From Obrimoposthia wandeli (Eukaryota), in contig CDROCS010001934.1 in NCBI GenBank assembly GCA_977020255.1, forward strand, positions 186,001 through 250,000: DNA of 64,000 bases, read 5' to 3'. The notes beneath the pieces were generated by a model. It was given only the letters and a program-made list of their open reading frames with translations, made no database searches and was not told where the DNA came from. Position numbers and translations under genes: made by a program. Below are positions 24,769 to 36,965 of the stretch, one piece after another. Position 1 is the first letter of the stretch. Every line of letters begins with the position of its first letter.

Positions 24769-25422
24769 ATGAGCTATAAACAAACTCTCAAGTTTGAGAA
24801 GCCAACATCAAGGCTTGCGGATACAGATGAGGATACAGATGATGATATAGTTTTCATATCAAAACCTAAGAAGCAAACTATGTCAAGCAGCAACAAACAA
24901 TCCAAGACTATCAAGATCGAGAAGCAAGCAACAAATGAGGATCTCTTTATTGATGATATAGTTTCTGCACCCACACACAAGAAACCAATCACTACAAGCA
25001 ACAACAACAATAGTCCAACAGCAGTTGTAATATTAGAGTCTAATGATTTGAAGTTCACCAAGCCGGTTATGTTTTTTAAATGGCAAATGAATTTCTTGAA
25101 GACTCCAATCTCATTTGGATTCATGTTTCCGGTGGCGCTGAATAAGTCAAAATATGATTTCAAGATGCATAGAATCAATCTGTCAGATATTGATGATCTC
25201 AACAAAACTTTCGCGTCGATGCATCTCAACATCATAGTTGGCAATCATATAATCATTCAAGCTGATCATAATCTCTTCAAGCGTGATCATGACTTTAATG
25301 CTGACAAGATGGGAACTGGACTCAAATGGATGATTGTCATTGCGATACACGGCTACAAAATCAACTGTGCAGGTCTTCAGAAACCCATCTGGAAAATTAC
25401 TGATGGACAAGTTCGCTTATGA
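24769..25422 (+). CDS. Intact 217-aa orphan ORF (acidic/low-complexity N-terminus, beta-rich C-terminal domain)
   Basis: Longest uninterrupted non-transposon ORF in the window, ATG at 24769, upstream TATATAA at ~24727, intronless. No family recognised with confidence. Confidence 0.7.
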   Translation: MSYKQTLKFEKPTSRLADTDEDTDDDIVFISKPKKQTMSSSNKQSKTIKIEKQATNEDLFIDDIVSAPTHKKPITTSNNNNSPTAVVILESNDLKFTKPVMFFKWQMNFLKTPISFGFMFPVALNKSKYDFKMHRINLSDIDDLNKTFASMHLNIIVGNHIIIQADHNLFKRDHDFNADKMGTGLKWMIVIAIHGYKINCAGLQKPIWKITDGQVRL

Positions 25423-25890
25423 TTGTGCTAATATATATTATATCAATGCGACTTTGCTTATAAACAATTTCTTTCTTCATCATATAATCATGTATAAACA
25501 TAGACGTTTTTACTAGCTTCTAATATAAACAATAACCGTTCAAGATTAAAACTGCGATAGCTGTCCGGTTATGCGGGCAGTCTAACTCCTGGAATGGGGT
25601 CGCAGTTCTAAGTAAATTAAATAGTTGTAAATAAAAACTTGGGACGGTCAATTGTGTTTAATTTCCAAATTTAATTTTTAAATTTTAATTTCAAAATTGT
25701 TAATATTTTAAATTTTCAAAATGTATCTACTGTAATAAATTTAAAATCTACGCATAATTTTATGCACATACAAATTGCCTACGTTAATTTGAATCTATAC
25801 GGTAATTTGAACTATATACATAATGTCTACGGAAATTTAACCTACATAATTGTAAATAACACATAAGACCAATCTGGTGGATTGAATACG

Positions 25891-26066
25891 TAAAGTGTCG
25901 GTTCAAAAACAATACCACACAAAGAACTACTCCCTCCCCCGAACAAGGAACTAAGAACAAAGTACATATGTATTACTAAGCGCATTCCAGATATTCTTTG
26001 TTCTTCGTTCCTTGTTCGGGGGGTGGGTAGTTCTTTGTGTGCTATTGTTTTAGAACCGACATTTTA
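25891..26066. repeat. Fold-back palindrome (~71 bp arms, ~33 nt loop), MITE-like or terminal hairpin
   Basis: Arms 25891-25962 and 25996-26066 are near-perfect reverse complements. Confidence 0.85.
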
Positions 26067-26458
26067 CACTTCTTGCACGAGTTAAACTAATAAAAGAGAA
26101 GGAGGTGAGAAAAGATCGTATTGAAAATAACTAGAGAAGGAAAAGAAAAATATTATCCGGCTTAAATAAGTAAATTACAATTGACATGTTATTTTTGTTA
26201 GCTGACTTTTTATTAGCATATTTGTATACTGTTAAAATATTCTTTTTTTTTTGAGTTAATTTTTTGGGTCAGTGAAATTTATATGTAATTTATAAATGTC
26301 ACGGAAAGGTCAGGGAAATTGAATGTCAGTGATTGCTTTTAACCATACATGTATATAATTAAACTTAAGACCTTATAACCCTGCATGGAAGAATTTCTTT
26401 TAAACATTTTATAACAAAATAAATTCTGTTTGATTTTTATTTTTTCTTCATATTTTGG

Positions 26459-27060
26459 AATTCCTGATCTAATCTATTCGCTTTTTGAATTCGTTAAAAA
26501 TTCGTGTTGTAGTTTAAATATTTATGCAATTATTAGACAAATCAAACCATATTTGAATTAGATATTCTAAAAATAGATTGTGCAATAAATCACAGATTTA
26601 TCTCAAGTTTAAATGGTCATTCGTCTTCGCAATTTTTATATGGCTCCAATTTGCTGACTCTGAGAAAGTCTGCTTAACGAATTTAACTTGATAATATATA
26701 CTTTAGTCTGATTATATGGCATTGTGGCCAATCTTAGTTGGTTTAATTTACAAAAATAAATAGAATATTATTAAGTTAAATGTTTTGACATTAAATTTAA
26801 CATCTTCTAAATTGTGCGCATATTTTTGTTTAAATTCCTGATCTAATCTATTCGATTTTTGAATTCGTTAAACTATTCGATTTTTGAATTCGTTAAAAAT
26901 TCGTGTTGTAGTTTAAATATTTATGGAATTATTAGACAATTCAAACCATATTTGAATTAGATATTCTAAAAATAGATTGTGCAATGAATCACAATGAATA
27001 TTATTAAGTTAAATGTTTTGACATAAAATTTAAAATCTTCCAAATGTTGCGCATATTTTT
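26459..27060 (+). repeat. Local tandem duplication with an internal deletion and a short triplication
   Basis: 26459-26593 matches 26833-26993, and 26763-26827 matches 26996-27060. Confidence 0.85.
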
Positions 27061-30000
27061 ATATAAATTAAATGCAATTACAAAAAGGAGGTTAAATTAA
27101 AATAGGAAATTATTTCCAAATCTAGTTTATAATTTAAAAAAAGTAATAATCCAATGCGTCTAAATTCATTTTGAAGATGATTTATTGAAAATAAAAACAA
27201 GATCGAATAACATTGACATTAAATTATGATTTGACATGGCTGTCCAAAAGTCTGTAAACTATGAATATCGTATACTATCTGATGTATACAATGATCCATA
27301 GAATTTGTAAAGGAGTTAGATAAAATCTTAGAAATCAGAGGACAATTTTTTAAATCAAAATCCACTATATTTAAATTTATATAATATATGCCGAAACAGT
27401 TTTGAGAAGTGTGATGGGACTAATGTAAGTTATTATATTTCATATCATATTTTTTACCTTATAAAAATTAAGATTTTTAAAATATTTAATATGACTTTAA
27501 ATATCTAACAATTGTTTTTAATTATTTTTTCTGATTAATTAATTAAATCTAACTAAAAAATGAAAATGCTTTTATATTTGAAAAGATTTTATATGATTTG
27601 TTATGTATAATTGTAACTAATCTCAATTTGTCTAACTAATCTATAAACAATTTGTGGAAATGAAATTTGACTTTCGGTTTATTTGCAATATTTAAATGAA
27701 GTTAAAGTCGTTTGTTGTCTAACTCATATTGTCAATACAAAATCCATATCAAATTGTCTAGGCAAAAACCTTTTAAAACATTAAAAACTTTGCTTAATTT
27801 TATGATAGTAACTTAAAAGATGGTTTGAAAAGTTGACTTATATTTATAAGTTTGAAAAATATTTTGTATAACATTAATTACGTATCTGAACAGTTTGTAA
27901 GCTTGTAAATATAAAAAGTGGTATGCAAATTTATATAAATACCATATGCATTATTTTTACTGCTATCCCAAATTCCAAATGTAAAACTCATAATGATATG
28001 CTGTAAACATTAGTATGTACCTTAATTTTAGACATTCTGTTCTAGATTTGTGTTGATTTCTTATGAAATTAAAGGATTGTATATAAACTAATATATATAA
28101 ACTAAGTTTTCTAAATATATTTTATTGTTATAGTTTTGTTTGAGTCAGTTCCTTATGTTTCCTTTTATACTTAATATTTAAGATATTTGATTGTGTATTA
28201 TAGAATGTCACTTTCATACTGTGAATTGATCAATCTGTTTGGTTAATATAAGTAATTTACACATAATTGTCAAATTAGGTAAAATGATCATCGAGAAAAT
28301 ATAAAGGTATATCTCTATATTAACAATTAAATTTAAAATAAAAGCAATACTAACAAGGAAATAACAAATATAATATGACATACAACACTGTTAATATTAA
28401 TAATCGAATAGTAAATTTATGCGAAATGAATTCATGGTGACAAAACGCGATAGGCTAACAACAGAAATAGCAGAGTCGATAGAAAAAAAGGAAAGAGAGT
28501 AAAATTGAAAACAGAAAGATTGAAAAATGTCAAAGTAAAGTTAGAGTCTGAGTCCGAGTGTCGTGGACGGAATAACAACTTGTGTGGTCATGATGCCAGA
28601 TCTCTGTACTCCATTTGATCTTCTACCACACAGTCTTCAGCTAGCGGAGAACCATGTACAAAAGAACATTTTCTAAATAAACTGACGCCATTAACAAATT
28701 ATTGAATTTTTAATCCTGTAGAATCTTGAGATTCCAAAAATATTCCAAATTGATACATGACATAACTGACATAATATAGTGGATTTCAATTCCGCTGTTT
28801 AGGGGAATAAGTACGTCATTTCGTGGAAAGCGTGATCTGTCTGTAACATTATTAATAAGTCACAGAATCGATTGAAGTTACAACTGCTAAAACTGGGCCA
28901 ACCAAAGCTATTCAATATATTATCACAACTCAGAAAAGACTTAAGCTGTCAAATGAACGATACTTATCTGTATGTAAAACGTAAGCAATTAAACAATTTC
29001 ATCTTCTTGTCTACTCAAAATAAATGTATACATTAGACTATGGTTGTGCAGGCGTTATCCATTATTTAGATTACAAGAAAATATAACTAACAAATAAAAC
29101 TCCAGTAAAATTTAATTATCGTCAGATAACTTATGAACATTTTTATTGCAATGCTTCGAATACCTTATGTGAATGAGTTGCTCGTCTCGGCGAAAGGGTA
29201 TACTGAATGTTTTGTGAAACTTATTCTCTTGGGATGGTGTTTTCACAGATCTATCTATATCACTATTCAGTTTCAAGTATAATCAATAAACGAATTCAAC
29301 TCGATTTGATTTAATTATTATTTTTATCATAATAATGTAGATAACTCATTTAGAATTTTCATAAAATTATCCAGAAGGAAAAAGATTTAAAGTTTATCAA
29401 ATTGCACATTTAAGTTGTTTTTTTATTTGTAAACCAACGTTATAAGATTAAGATAATATGCATTTTTGAAGTTGAAATTAGGAGATCAATATGAACAGCA
29501 GGTAAACTTTTAAAATGTGTAATTTTGTACTCTTATTACCTGGCGTGAGCAAAAAAAACTAACAAAGAACTCCATCAAAGTACCTGCTTGCTTCCTACTT
29601 AGCCGCTATGAATTAAATGAATGTTTGCATATAGATAATGTTAAAATATTATACTCTCCCAAGGCTCCTTTGTGCGAACTCAAAGTAAGTCATTCTTTAA
29701 ATAGAAGAAACGCTAGAAAACCGTTGAAAAAATTACATTTATTTTTATCCAAAATATATAAATTCTAAATAATTTTGAGTAAAATCATTTCAAAATATAT
29801 AATTTAATTTGTAAGTTATTAAAATTTTATATCTAAAGAGAGATCAAATAATCTTATTATATAATTTTCATTAGAATCTATATATAAGTTAAAATACTTA
29901 GTTTTAAATTTGCTATGTGACTAAAATTAGAAAATGTCTATGTCTATATCAAAAACGACCAAATCTCATCAAAATAAATAATTTGAAAATCTTCATATAA

Positions 30001-32289
30001 TATTCTTTAAACTTTTCCTATTTCCTATTTCAATTTGCTCATTTTATTAACAGTTAGGTACTGTAGTTAATTAATTTAGATTATATATTTTTTATTTGAA
30101 TTTTTTCTGAACGAAATGTATAAATAAAATTATTAACTTTACAGTATAAATTTAAAAAAAAATCTTTTGAAAATGAAAATAATATATTTTAGTTGTTGAA
30201 ATCATTTATTTATAGTGCATCTAGGCCAAATTTTAACAATATTTATTCATAAAAAAAATCTTATATTTTTTATACGTGATAAAAAGAATTCTTGCTGGTA
30301 TCTGATATTTTTCTTAACTTTGAAATATAATTATATATTCTTCAGTAGATTTAAGAATTAATTTACTTAAAATTTTTATTCTTTTGTAATATTTTCGATA
30401 AAATAAAGATAATATATTTACGTTTGTTCTAGCGTTTCTTCTGTCTAAATACAGACTTATTTTGAGCTCACACAAAATGCCATATTCCAAAAATCATTCA
30501 ATTTTAAGCGACTAAGTTGGAATCCTTCCCTTGTAAGCTTAAAGAGAATCGTAGTTGAATGTTGGCCATTAAACCACAATTGTATGAAAGAGTTGATCTG
30601 TTTCCTGTTCCTATAAAAAACTTTTCTCATGATGATGATGATTTTAAAGAAGATGAAAGCAATTTGAAAAAGACAAACCAACATCAATCACGTAAAATTG
30701 TAAAAACTCTCAATTTATTAAAACATGATGCATATCCAGCTGGTTCCATGTTAAAGGAATTTGGAGTACTCGATCCAATTACAAGATACTTCATCTAATA
30801 CAGTTAATATGTGAAATTTTTCAAAAAATATCAGAATCACAAAATTATTTTTTATTGTAACTTATCATGTTTAAAATAAACATATAAAAAATATTGATGG
30901 CTTTTAACAATAAAAGAGGTAAAGAAATTTTGACTAAATTAATTCAATTTTTGAGTTGATTCAGTATAATGACCCTGATGGTGACTTGAAAGTCATAGTA
31001 ATGGTCACTGAATTGCGGAAAGGTTTGAGTAAAATAACAGATTAATATATCACTTGTCCAATATCAAAATGTTATTTTATTGCTTCTATAAGGCTAATTT
31101 TCAAAAATATTTGAAAGTTAAAATTTTTGTGAAATAACATCCTGATTTAGTCTGACTGAAGAACAGTAGTAACACAATCAGATAATTATTCAAAGCATAT
31201 TCGCATAATGACATGAGAATCGACAGAAATATGAGTCCACTATTTATGGAAAAATTATCATATCAAATTTAAAATGGCTCAGTAGCCAACTAAAATTTGT
31301 TCTAAAAATAGAAACGCTCAAGAATATGCTAATAAAATATGCTATTCAGAGATATTGATTCCGTACAATTATTGTAGTACATACATTCTACTCAAATAAT
31401 ACGTTATGCTATAAACCACATTTTATTTGTCGGTCTACTGATGAATAGATTATTAATTTGTGTATTTAGAAATTATTGATTGATGAATCGAAAATTTCAA
31501 TTAACATTTACTTGAAATTTTAAAAAATCTATAAATAACGATTATTATATGTGAAAATTCATATGCTTTAGTATTAAGTACTATAACAACTATTGTTTAG
31601 TTTAAATATTATTTAGTATAGTAAGTAATAAAATAACTTCTTATTTGTACTATGCTAGTGTTTCGTTATCAAAATGTCAATTCCCTACCTCGTAGTGTAT
31701 AAAAATTGTCTAGTTTACTTTACTACATCAAATTGGAAAAGATCGGTTCAAATATTCTCATTGATGCTGTAAAGTTTCAAGTGCGCTAATTGACATTTAG
31801 AGCAAGCTAAATGATAATATCTAATTAAATAGTTTTGCTTAATAGTTAACATAGAATTAGATATAGATTGGATTATTGAATTGATGTATTTTTATTGTGT
31901 AAAATTTAGAAATAAATGTCAGACTTATAATGCTTCATGATATTCTTATGTACATAATAAAGATACTTAATAACCTTTATTACAATGATATAAATTTATT
32001 CACTTCGGTAAACCTTTCAGTTTACTCTTCGTAACTATAGAAGTTATGGCTTGTTCAATAAAATTTTATATACACTACAGACAGAAATTTATATTAAAAG
32101 CCACTTTCAAGTAAGATAATTCAGTAATGTAATGGTGTTTACAAATTCCCGTTAATTATTCTTTAAACATCTCTTAGATATCGTATGAATCTTTCTAATT
32201 CAAAATAAACCACGCAAATTGAGTTCGTTGTATAGAGTAGCTTTCTCTAATTCACATTCAATACTCATACTGGATTCGTGTAGAGCTCA

Positions 32290-32560
32290 TAAAACAGAAT
32301 GTATTAAAAAGGAAATATCAAACTGATCCAGATTAGTAATTAAGAAGTTGCAACCATTAGATGTATCCGTAAATAAGTCTTTTAAATCAATATCAAAACA
32401 AAAATAGGGCAAAATGGATGATGAATAATCGTTGAGAATATTGAAAGACAGACAAAATCGAAAGTGAAATATGCAGGTGGATAAATGAGAGTTGGTCATT
32501 TGTACCGGAGTCAGAATGGATTTAAAAATATATCTATTGAAAATATAGAAGATAACGAAA
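32290..32560 (+). pseudogene. pogo/Tigger-type DDE transposase fragment
   Basis: KLQPLDVSVNKSFK is a hallmark pogo motif. Confidence 0.7.
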
Positions 32561-32710
32561 TTAAAGAAATCATCCAACAGAATTAATTTTATGCTACTAA
32601 AATATAATACAATATAATGCAGAAATATAATAGAAAGGTTAACTAAATAACTAATTTTAATTTAGGCCAGAGATTGTTGACAAAACCTTTGTGAAATTGA
32701 TTGTGCACAG

Positions 32711-32947
32711 GCGGACGAGCCAATGGCGGCATATGCAGCACCGAGTTATAACGAGCACCGAGTTACAACGAGTTATAACGATCGCGACAACAACTCTGTC
32801 CATTCTGGTGGGGGAAAGCTGAATCTAGCCGACTTGAGTGCCGAAGAGATCAGATCGAGGACTGCTGAATCCGCTGCCAAGAAGAAGGCAAACCGCAAAA
32901 ATCAAATTCCATTCAAGGATCGCGCCCAGCTTTTCCAGCAGCTGTAA
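32711..32947 (+). CDS. NHERF: NHERF-like, terminal exon with EBP50-type ERM-binding C-terminus
   Basis: CAG acceptor, phase 0 (compatible with exon 2), GC-rich. The tail LNLADLSAEEIRSR...KKK...FKDRAQLFQQL* resembles the NHERF1/Sip1 C-terminus. Three exons give a 218-aa protein; additional internal exons are possible. Confidence 0.75.
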   Translation, partial: ADEPMAAYAAPSYNEHRVTTSYNDRDNNSVHSGGGKLNLADLSAEEIRSRTAESAAKKKANRKNQIPFKDRAQLFQQL

Positions 32948-33961
32948 TTGTGTTTTCTTCCGAGCTCAAACTTTGTTGACAGATGAACCACTGAAAAAAA
33001 CCCACGTGCAGCAATTAGACTTATTTTCAAAATTAAATACGAAATTTTCAAATATGTTCCATTAAAATATAAAACAGTTATAAATTTGTAAACAACTGTT
33101 CACTATTAGTACAACAATTTTCTATCGTTAAAAGTACACATTTTGTTAAATTAATGATGACAACTTATCAATTGTTAAATACGGAGACTTGCTGTTTCTA
33201 TGACCTTTCTTAATATCACTCAACTGCAACTGTGCCTTAGATTCTTTTAAACAAAATATGTGTAATTCTGCACATGGAAGTGAGACTGTCCAATGGGATT
33301 TTTTCATCTATATCTGCATAACCCATCCACAATCCACCAATAATATCTGCTGCTTGCATATCATTAATGATAACAACAAATTAGTGATATTTTTGAGGCC
33401 TTTGCACTTTATAAACTACTTTTGCTAACTCTAATATATCAGCTCGTTATTTTGTTTATTTTTATCATTAATTCATAATTATCGTTGTCAAATACTTATC
33501 AATTATTTTTGTACTTTCGTTAACATTTAATATAAATTCAAATAATGTCGAAGAATCAAAGTTCAAGTCGAAAAATAAATGATAGAAATACTTTGAATAA
33601 ACTTAAATGTATTTTTTAAACATCTTCAAAATGGACGAAATCCAAATGCTAAAAATTTAGTGACCACAAAACGTTCTTGTCCAAGAAAGAATATTAACAA
33701 CTTAATGGTGATAATTAATTACTGATTAAGAAAATTTCTCTAATCACCAATTGATTTAAATGGGCCAATGAGAGGCCCACATGCTCTTTAGTTGCTTTGT
33801 TAATGTTTATTTCACTATAGGAATGTTTGTCTGAGTATACGAATGTCTAGCTAAAACATATATAATAGCCAGGCATACTGAGATTGTGTTAAGTATTGCT
33901 GATAGTGAATACAATAAATAACAATGGTTGTCATCCGAGTAATGATAGCTGTCATCGAAGC

Positions 33962-34312
33962 CGATATTATCATAAAGATGTAAAATTAAGTTCTAAAGCT
34001 CATTAGGCTATGTTAGTTGGAGTAGATGTATTAGCAGATGTGACAGTGGACAGATATATTGAATTGAAAAACTAATTCCAGAATATTGAAGCAAAGTTAG
34101 ACCAAAATGATGCTATGATGAATGTGGATAATGTTGGTCAAAGTCCGAAGTTATTATTGAGACAAGTTACAACTGTCAAATATATTGAGTAAGTTGCAAC
34201 AATATCTATCAAGGCGGATAATGGTATTGGTGACCTTATTTCTGGCAATATAGAGAGTGTGGGAAAAGATGGCTTTGCTTTGGATAATATTAAACCATGG
34301 ACAATAAAGTGT
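33962..34312 (+). pseudogene. HSPD1: HSP60/Cpn60 chaperonin pseudogene (N-terminal part, internally deleted, intronless)
   Basis: One frame reads KDVKLSSKAH*AMLVGVDVLAD-VTVDRYIELKN*FQNIEAKLDQNDA...QVTTVKYIE*VATISIKADNGIGDLISGNIESVGKDG. This parallels KDVKFG...MLQGVDLLAD / [25 protein letters not shown] / VTT.EEIAQVATISANGD.EIG..IS....VG..G. Confidence 0.75.
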
Positions 34313-35249
34313 AAAAATATTCTTTAAATAAATAGTTTAATTAAAAGAATGTCTTAATTGACTGTTTACAACTTACTTTATAGAAAGCAGATAATAGTAT
34401 TATTTCAAATTTATTTTAAAATAAAAATACTTCAATTTTTCTGGTTCATTTTATTGATGTTTGTTTTAAGCACCACAAAATCATTTTGAATTCAAAAATT
34501 TGTGTAACATTTAGGCTAAAGTCGCACGTACTCAGAACTTTATTTAAGTTTATCTATGAAACAGCTGTTCAATTCAGTTACTTTCGAATATTTTAGTAAC
34601 CTACACGTTTATAAATTATATTCTTTCAGAATATAAACTACTGAGTATTTGTAAGTAAACTATTATTCAAAATATTTAATATTAAAATTTTACTTATTAA
34701 TTTACTTTGTTTATATTAATTATTATTATTAATTAAATAAAAAATATATCTACAGATTTTTTTCCTCATGAATAAACTTTAAATTGTCATTTGATAAATT
34801 AAAGTAATAAAAAATACCATATTTTTGAAGTACTTCGCATGTTTGTATATTATTTCTTTTAAATGTCATAATTAAACATAATTAGCTCCATAACAAAATA
34901 TTACAATATATTTCATTGAATAATAATTATAAATTAACGAACTTAGAATAAATGATCACTTTTAAAACTTTTGAAATTATTAAAATTATGCTTTTATTTT
35001 ATAAGTTTTAAATTATTTTGTTATTTTTAATTATTATTTCTATATAATTCTTATTTAATAATCAGGTTTTACATTTTTATTTAAAAAATCCAAAAAAAGA
35101 ACAGCTGTAATCGCCTTTTTTTTGTAAATTACGTTTTATTTAATGTTTACGTGGGCAAAGTCCGACTTATGCCAACATTTAATGTATTGAATTGAGATAT
35201 CAAAATATTTATGAATAAATGAGATAACTTTGTCAACAATAAGTGATGA

Positions 35250-36060
35250 ATTAAGAAATAAAATAGTTTCAAAATCTTGAACTTCTTTTCACAATTTATC
35301 ACAATCATCAAAATAATTAAATTCCAATTGAGATTTAATAATTTCCCATATGTTTTCTATTGGATTGAGATATAGAGAATTACCTGGCTAACAAAGAACT
35401 TTCAAATTTTTATTCAGCAACATATTCTAAGTAACATGTGCTTTTAGGGGTGCTGGCATTTTAAGTTAAAAATAAATTCACTATTTGGAAAAACTAAAAA
35501 TTTATCAATCACTTCAATATCTTCTAATATTTCTTGACATTCTAGGACATTTATAGTTCTATAAATCAATTTTATAATTCTTATTGCACTAAAATCCATT
35601 CACCCCACAGATATATATTATGGGCATATTGAAAAATAATATTCCGATTTTCACCTGTGAATTGCGAGTATTCTGGATGTCTTGAAGTATTGAAAAAAAC
35701 CTTTACCACTTTATAACATTGAATACCAATATAAAATGTTTAAATTAAAAAATTTCTTGCGTAAATCTTCTTATTCTGTTTTATAGTAATATATGATTTG
35801 TTAACATATTTATCAAAATTCTCTTAACAGTTCCGGCTTATAAAGTTTCTTTAATATGTTTATTGTAAATACTACAAATTTTTGTTGCATGAAGCAATAT
35901 ATTTTTCAAAGAAGTTCTTAGAATACTCCTTTCCTCTCGTAAACATGTTGCGCTTGGCCTACCACTTCGATGTGTATCATTAAAAACTTCAGTCATTTAT
36001 CTGATTCCAAATGAGATCATACATTTTCAGAATTATAATGACATGTTTTTGTGAAATAGA
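35250..36060 (-). pseudogene. Decayed Tc1-like transposase
   Basis: The - strand gives RSGRP, a QDNAP-like stretch and PGNSLYLNPIENIWEI. Confidence 0.6.
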
Positions 36061-36559
36061 CCAACCGAGTGAGTTTATATTATCGAAAAGTCAAGTCCAG
36101 TCCAAGTTAAATCCAATTTATTCAAATAAGGCTACGTAGTAGCATACATCATAATATCAATAAATCAAACACATAAATAATCAACATTTGTAATACATTT
36201 TTATCACCACTACATTATTACATTATACATGATACATTATTGTCACCACTATTATCTTCATGCACTATTACTACACTATTACACCACACATGTCTAAGCC
36301 GATTATATCCTAAAATAACAACAAAAAACCTATTAGTGCAACTTATTCATTTCTTTAACTTTCACGACATTTTATGATATATATATATATATATCTTAGA
36401 TACATTAAACAAAAGTAATTCAAAACACACTATAACTGTGTGTGACAAGAACTTTGTCAGAAACGTTTTTTATTGTTGGACCCTATATATACAGTCAAAT
36501 GAAGGCATACATTCATTATAAGTTACTTCTCTCCATATTTTATGCTTCTCCAAAGGTAA

Positions 36560-36940
36560 AGGACGATTTTAATTAAAAAAAAATGTCAACCTTGCAGATT
36601 TGTAAATTGAACTGCTTTATTGATGATTTCTTCAACAAACATAAAGAAAAATTCTAATGGCGTTGTTAGGTTGACTCCACGATTGATTCTAGGAATAATA
36701 TGCATGGTATTTATATTGTGTTGTCTTCCCCGATACCGCCATGACCACAGAACAAGGAGAAAGACTTCGTACTTTATTTCCACTACTGTCATCGTCGCCA
36801 TCTGGAATTTTCTGCATTTGGTCGTCTTCTAATCATTCATTGTTTGACTCATTTCCTTTATATTTTACTATTATTTCCTTTTCATCATATTCACTGGCAT
36901 TATTTGCAAATATTAATTTGTCAAATGGTTTGCATTAGTG
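36560..36940 (-). pseudogene. piggyBac-like transposase N-terminal remnant
   Basis: An acidic N-terminus is followed by TTPLEFFFMFVEEIINKAVQFTNLQG (like TP...F.LF...I..IV..TN). Confidence 0.6.
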
Positions 36941-36965
36941 TCAATAAAAGTCTATTTACGTGGTA

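Larger units (their letters stand above)
23367..26077. mobile_element. Inverted-repeat-bounded gene cassette (virus-like or non-autonomous mobile element)
   Basis: Outer inverted repeat ~23367-23425 / ~26020-26077, inner ~70 bp inverted repeat 23426-23497 / 25491-25560, right-end hairpin, and densely packed divergent ORFs. No transposase seen. Confidence 0.65.

Noticed and set aside
24774-25244. 156-aa ORF on the - strand
   Set aside because: It is the antisense shadow of the 217-aa + strand ORF. Its hydrophobic runs mirror AAC/AAG-rich codons.
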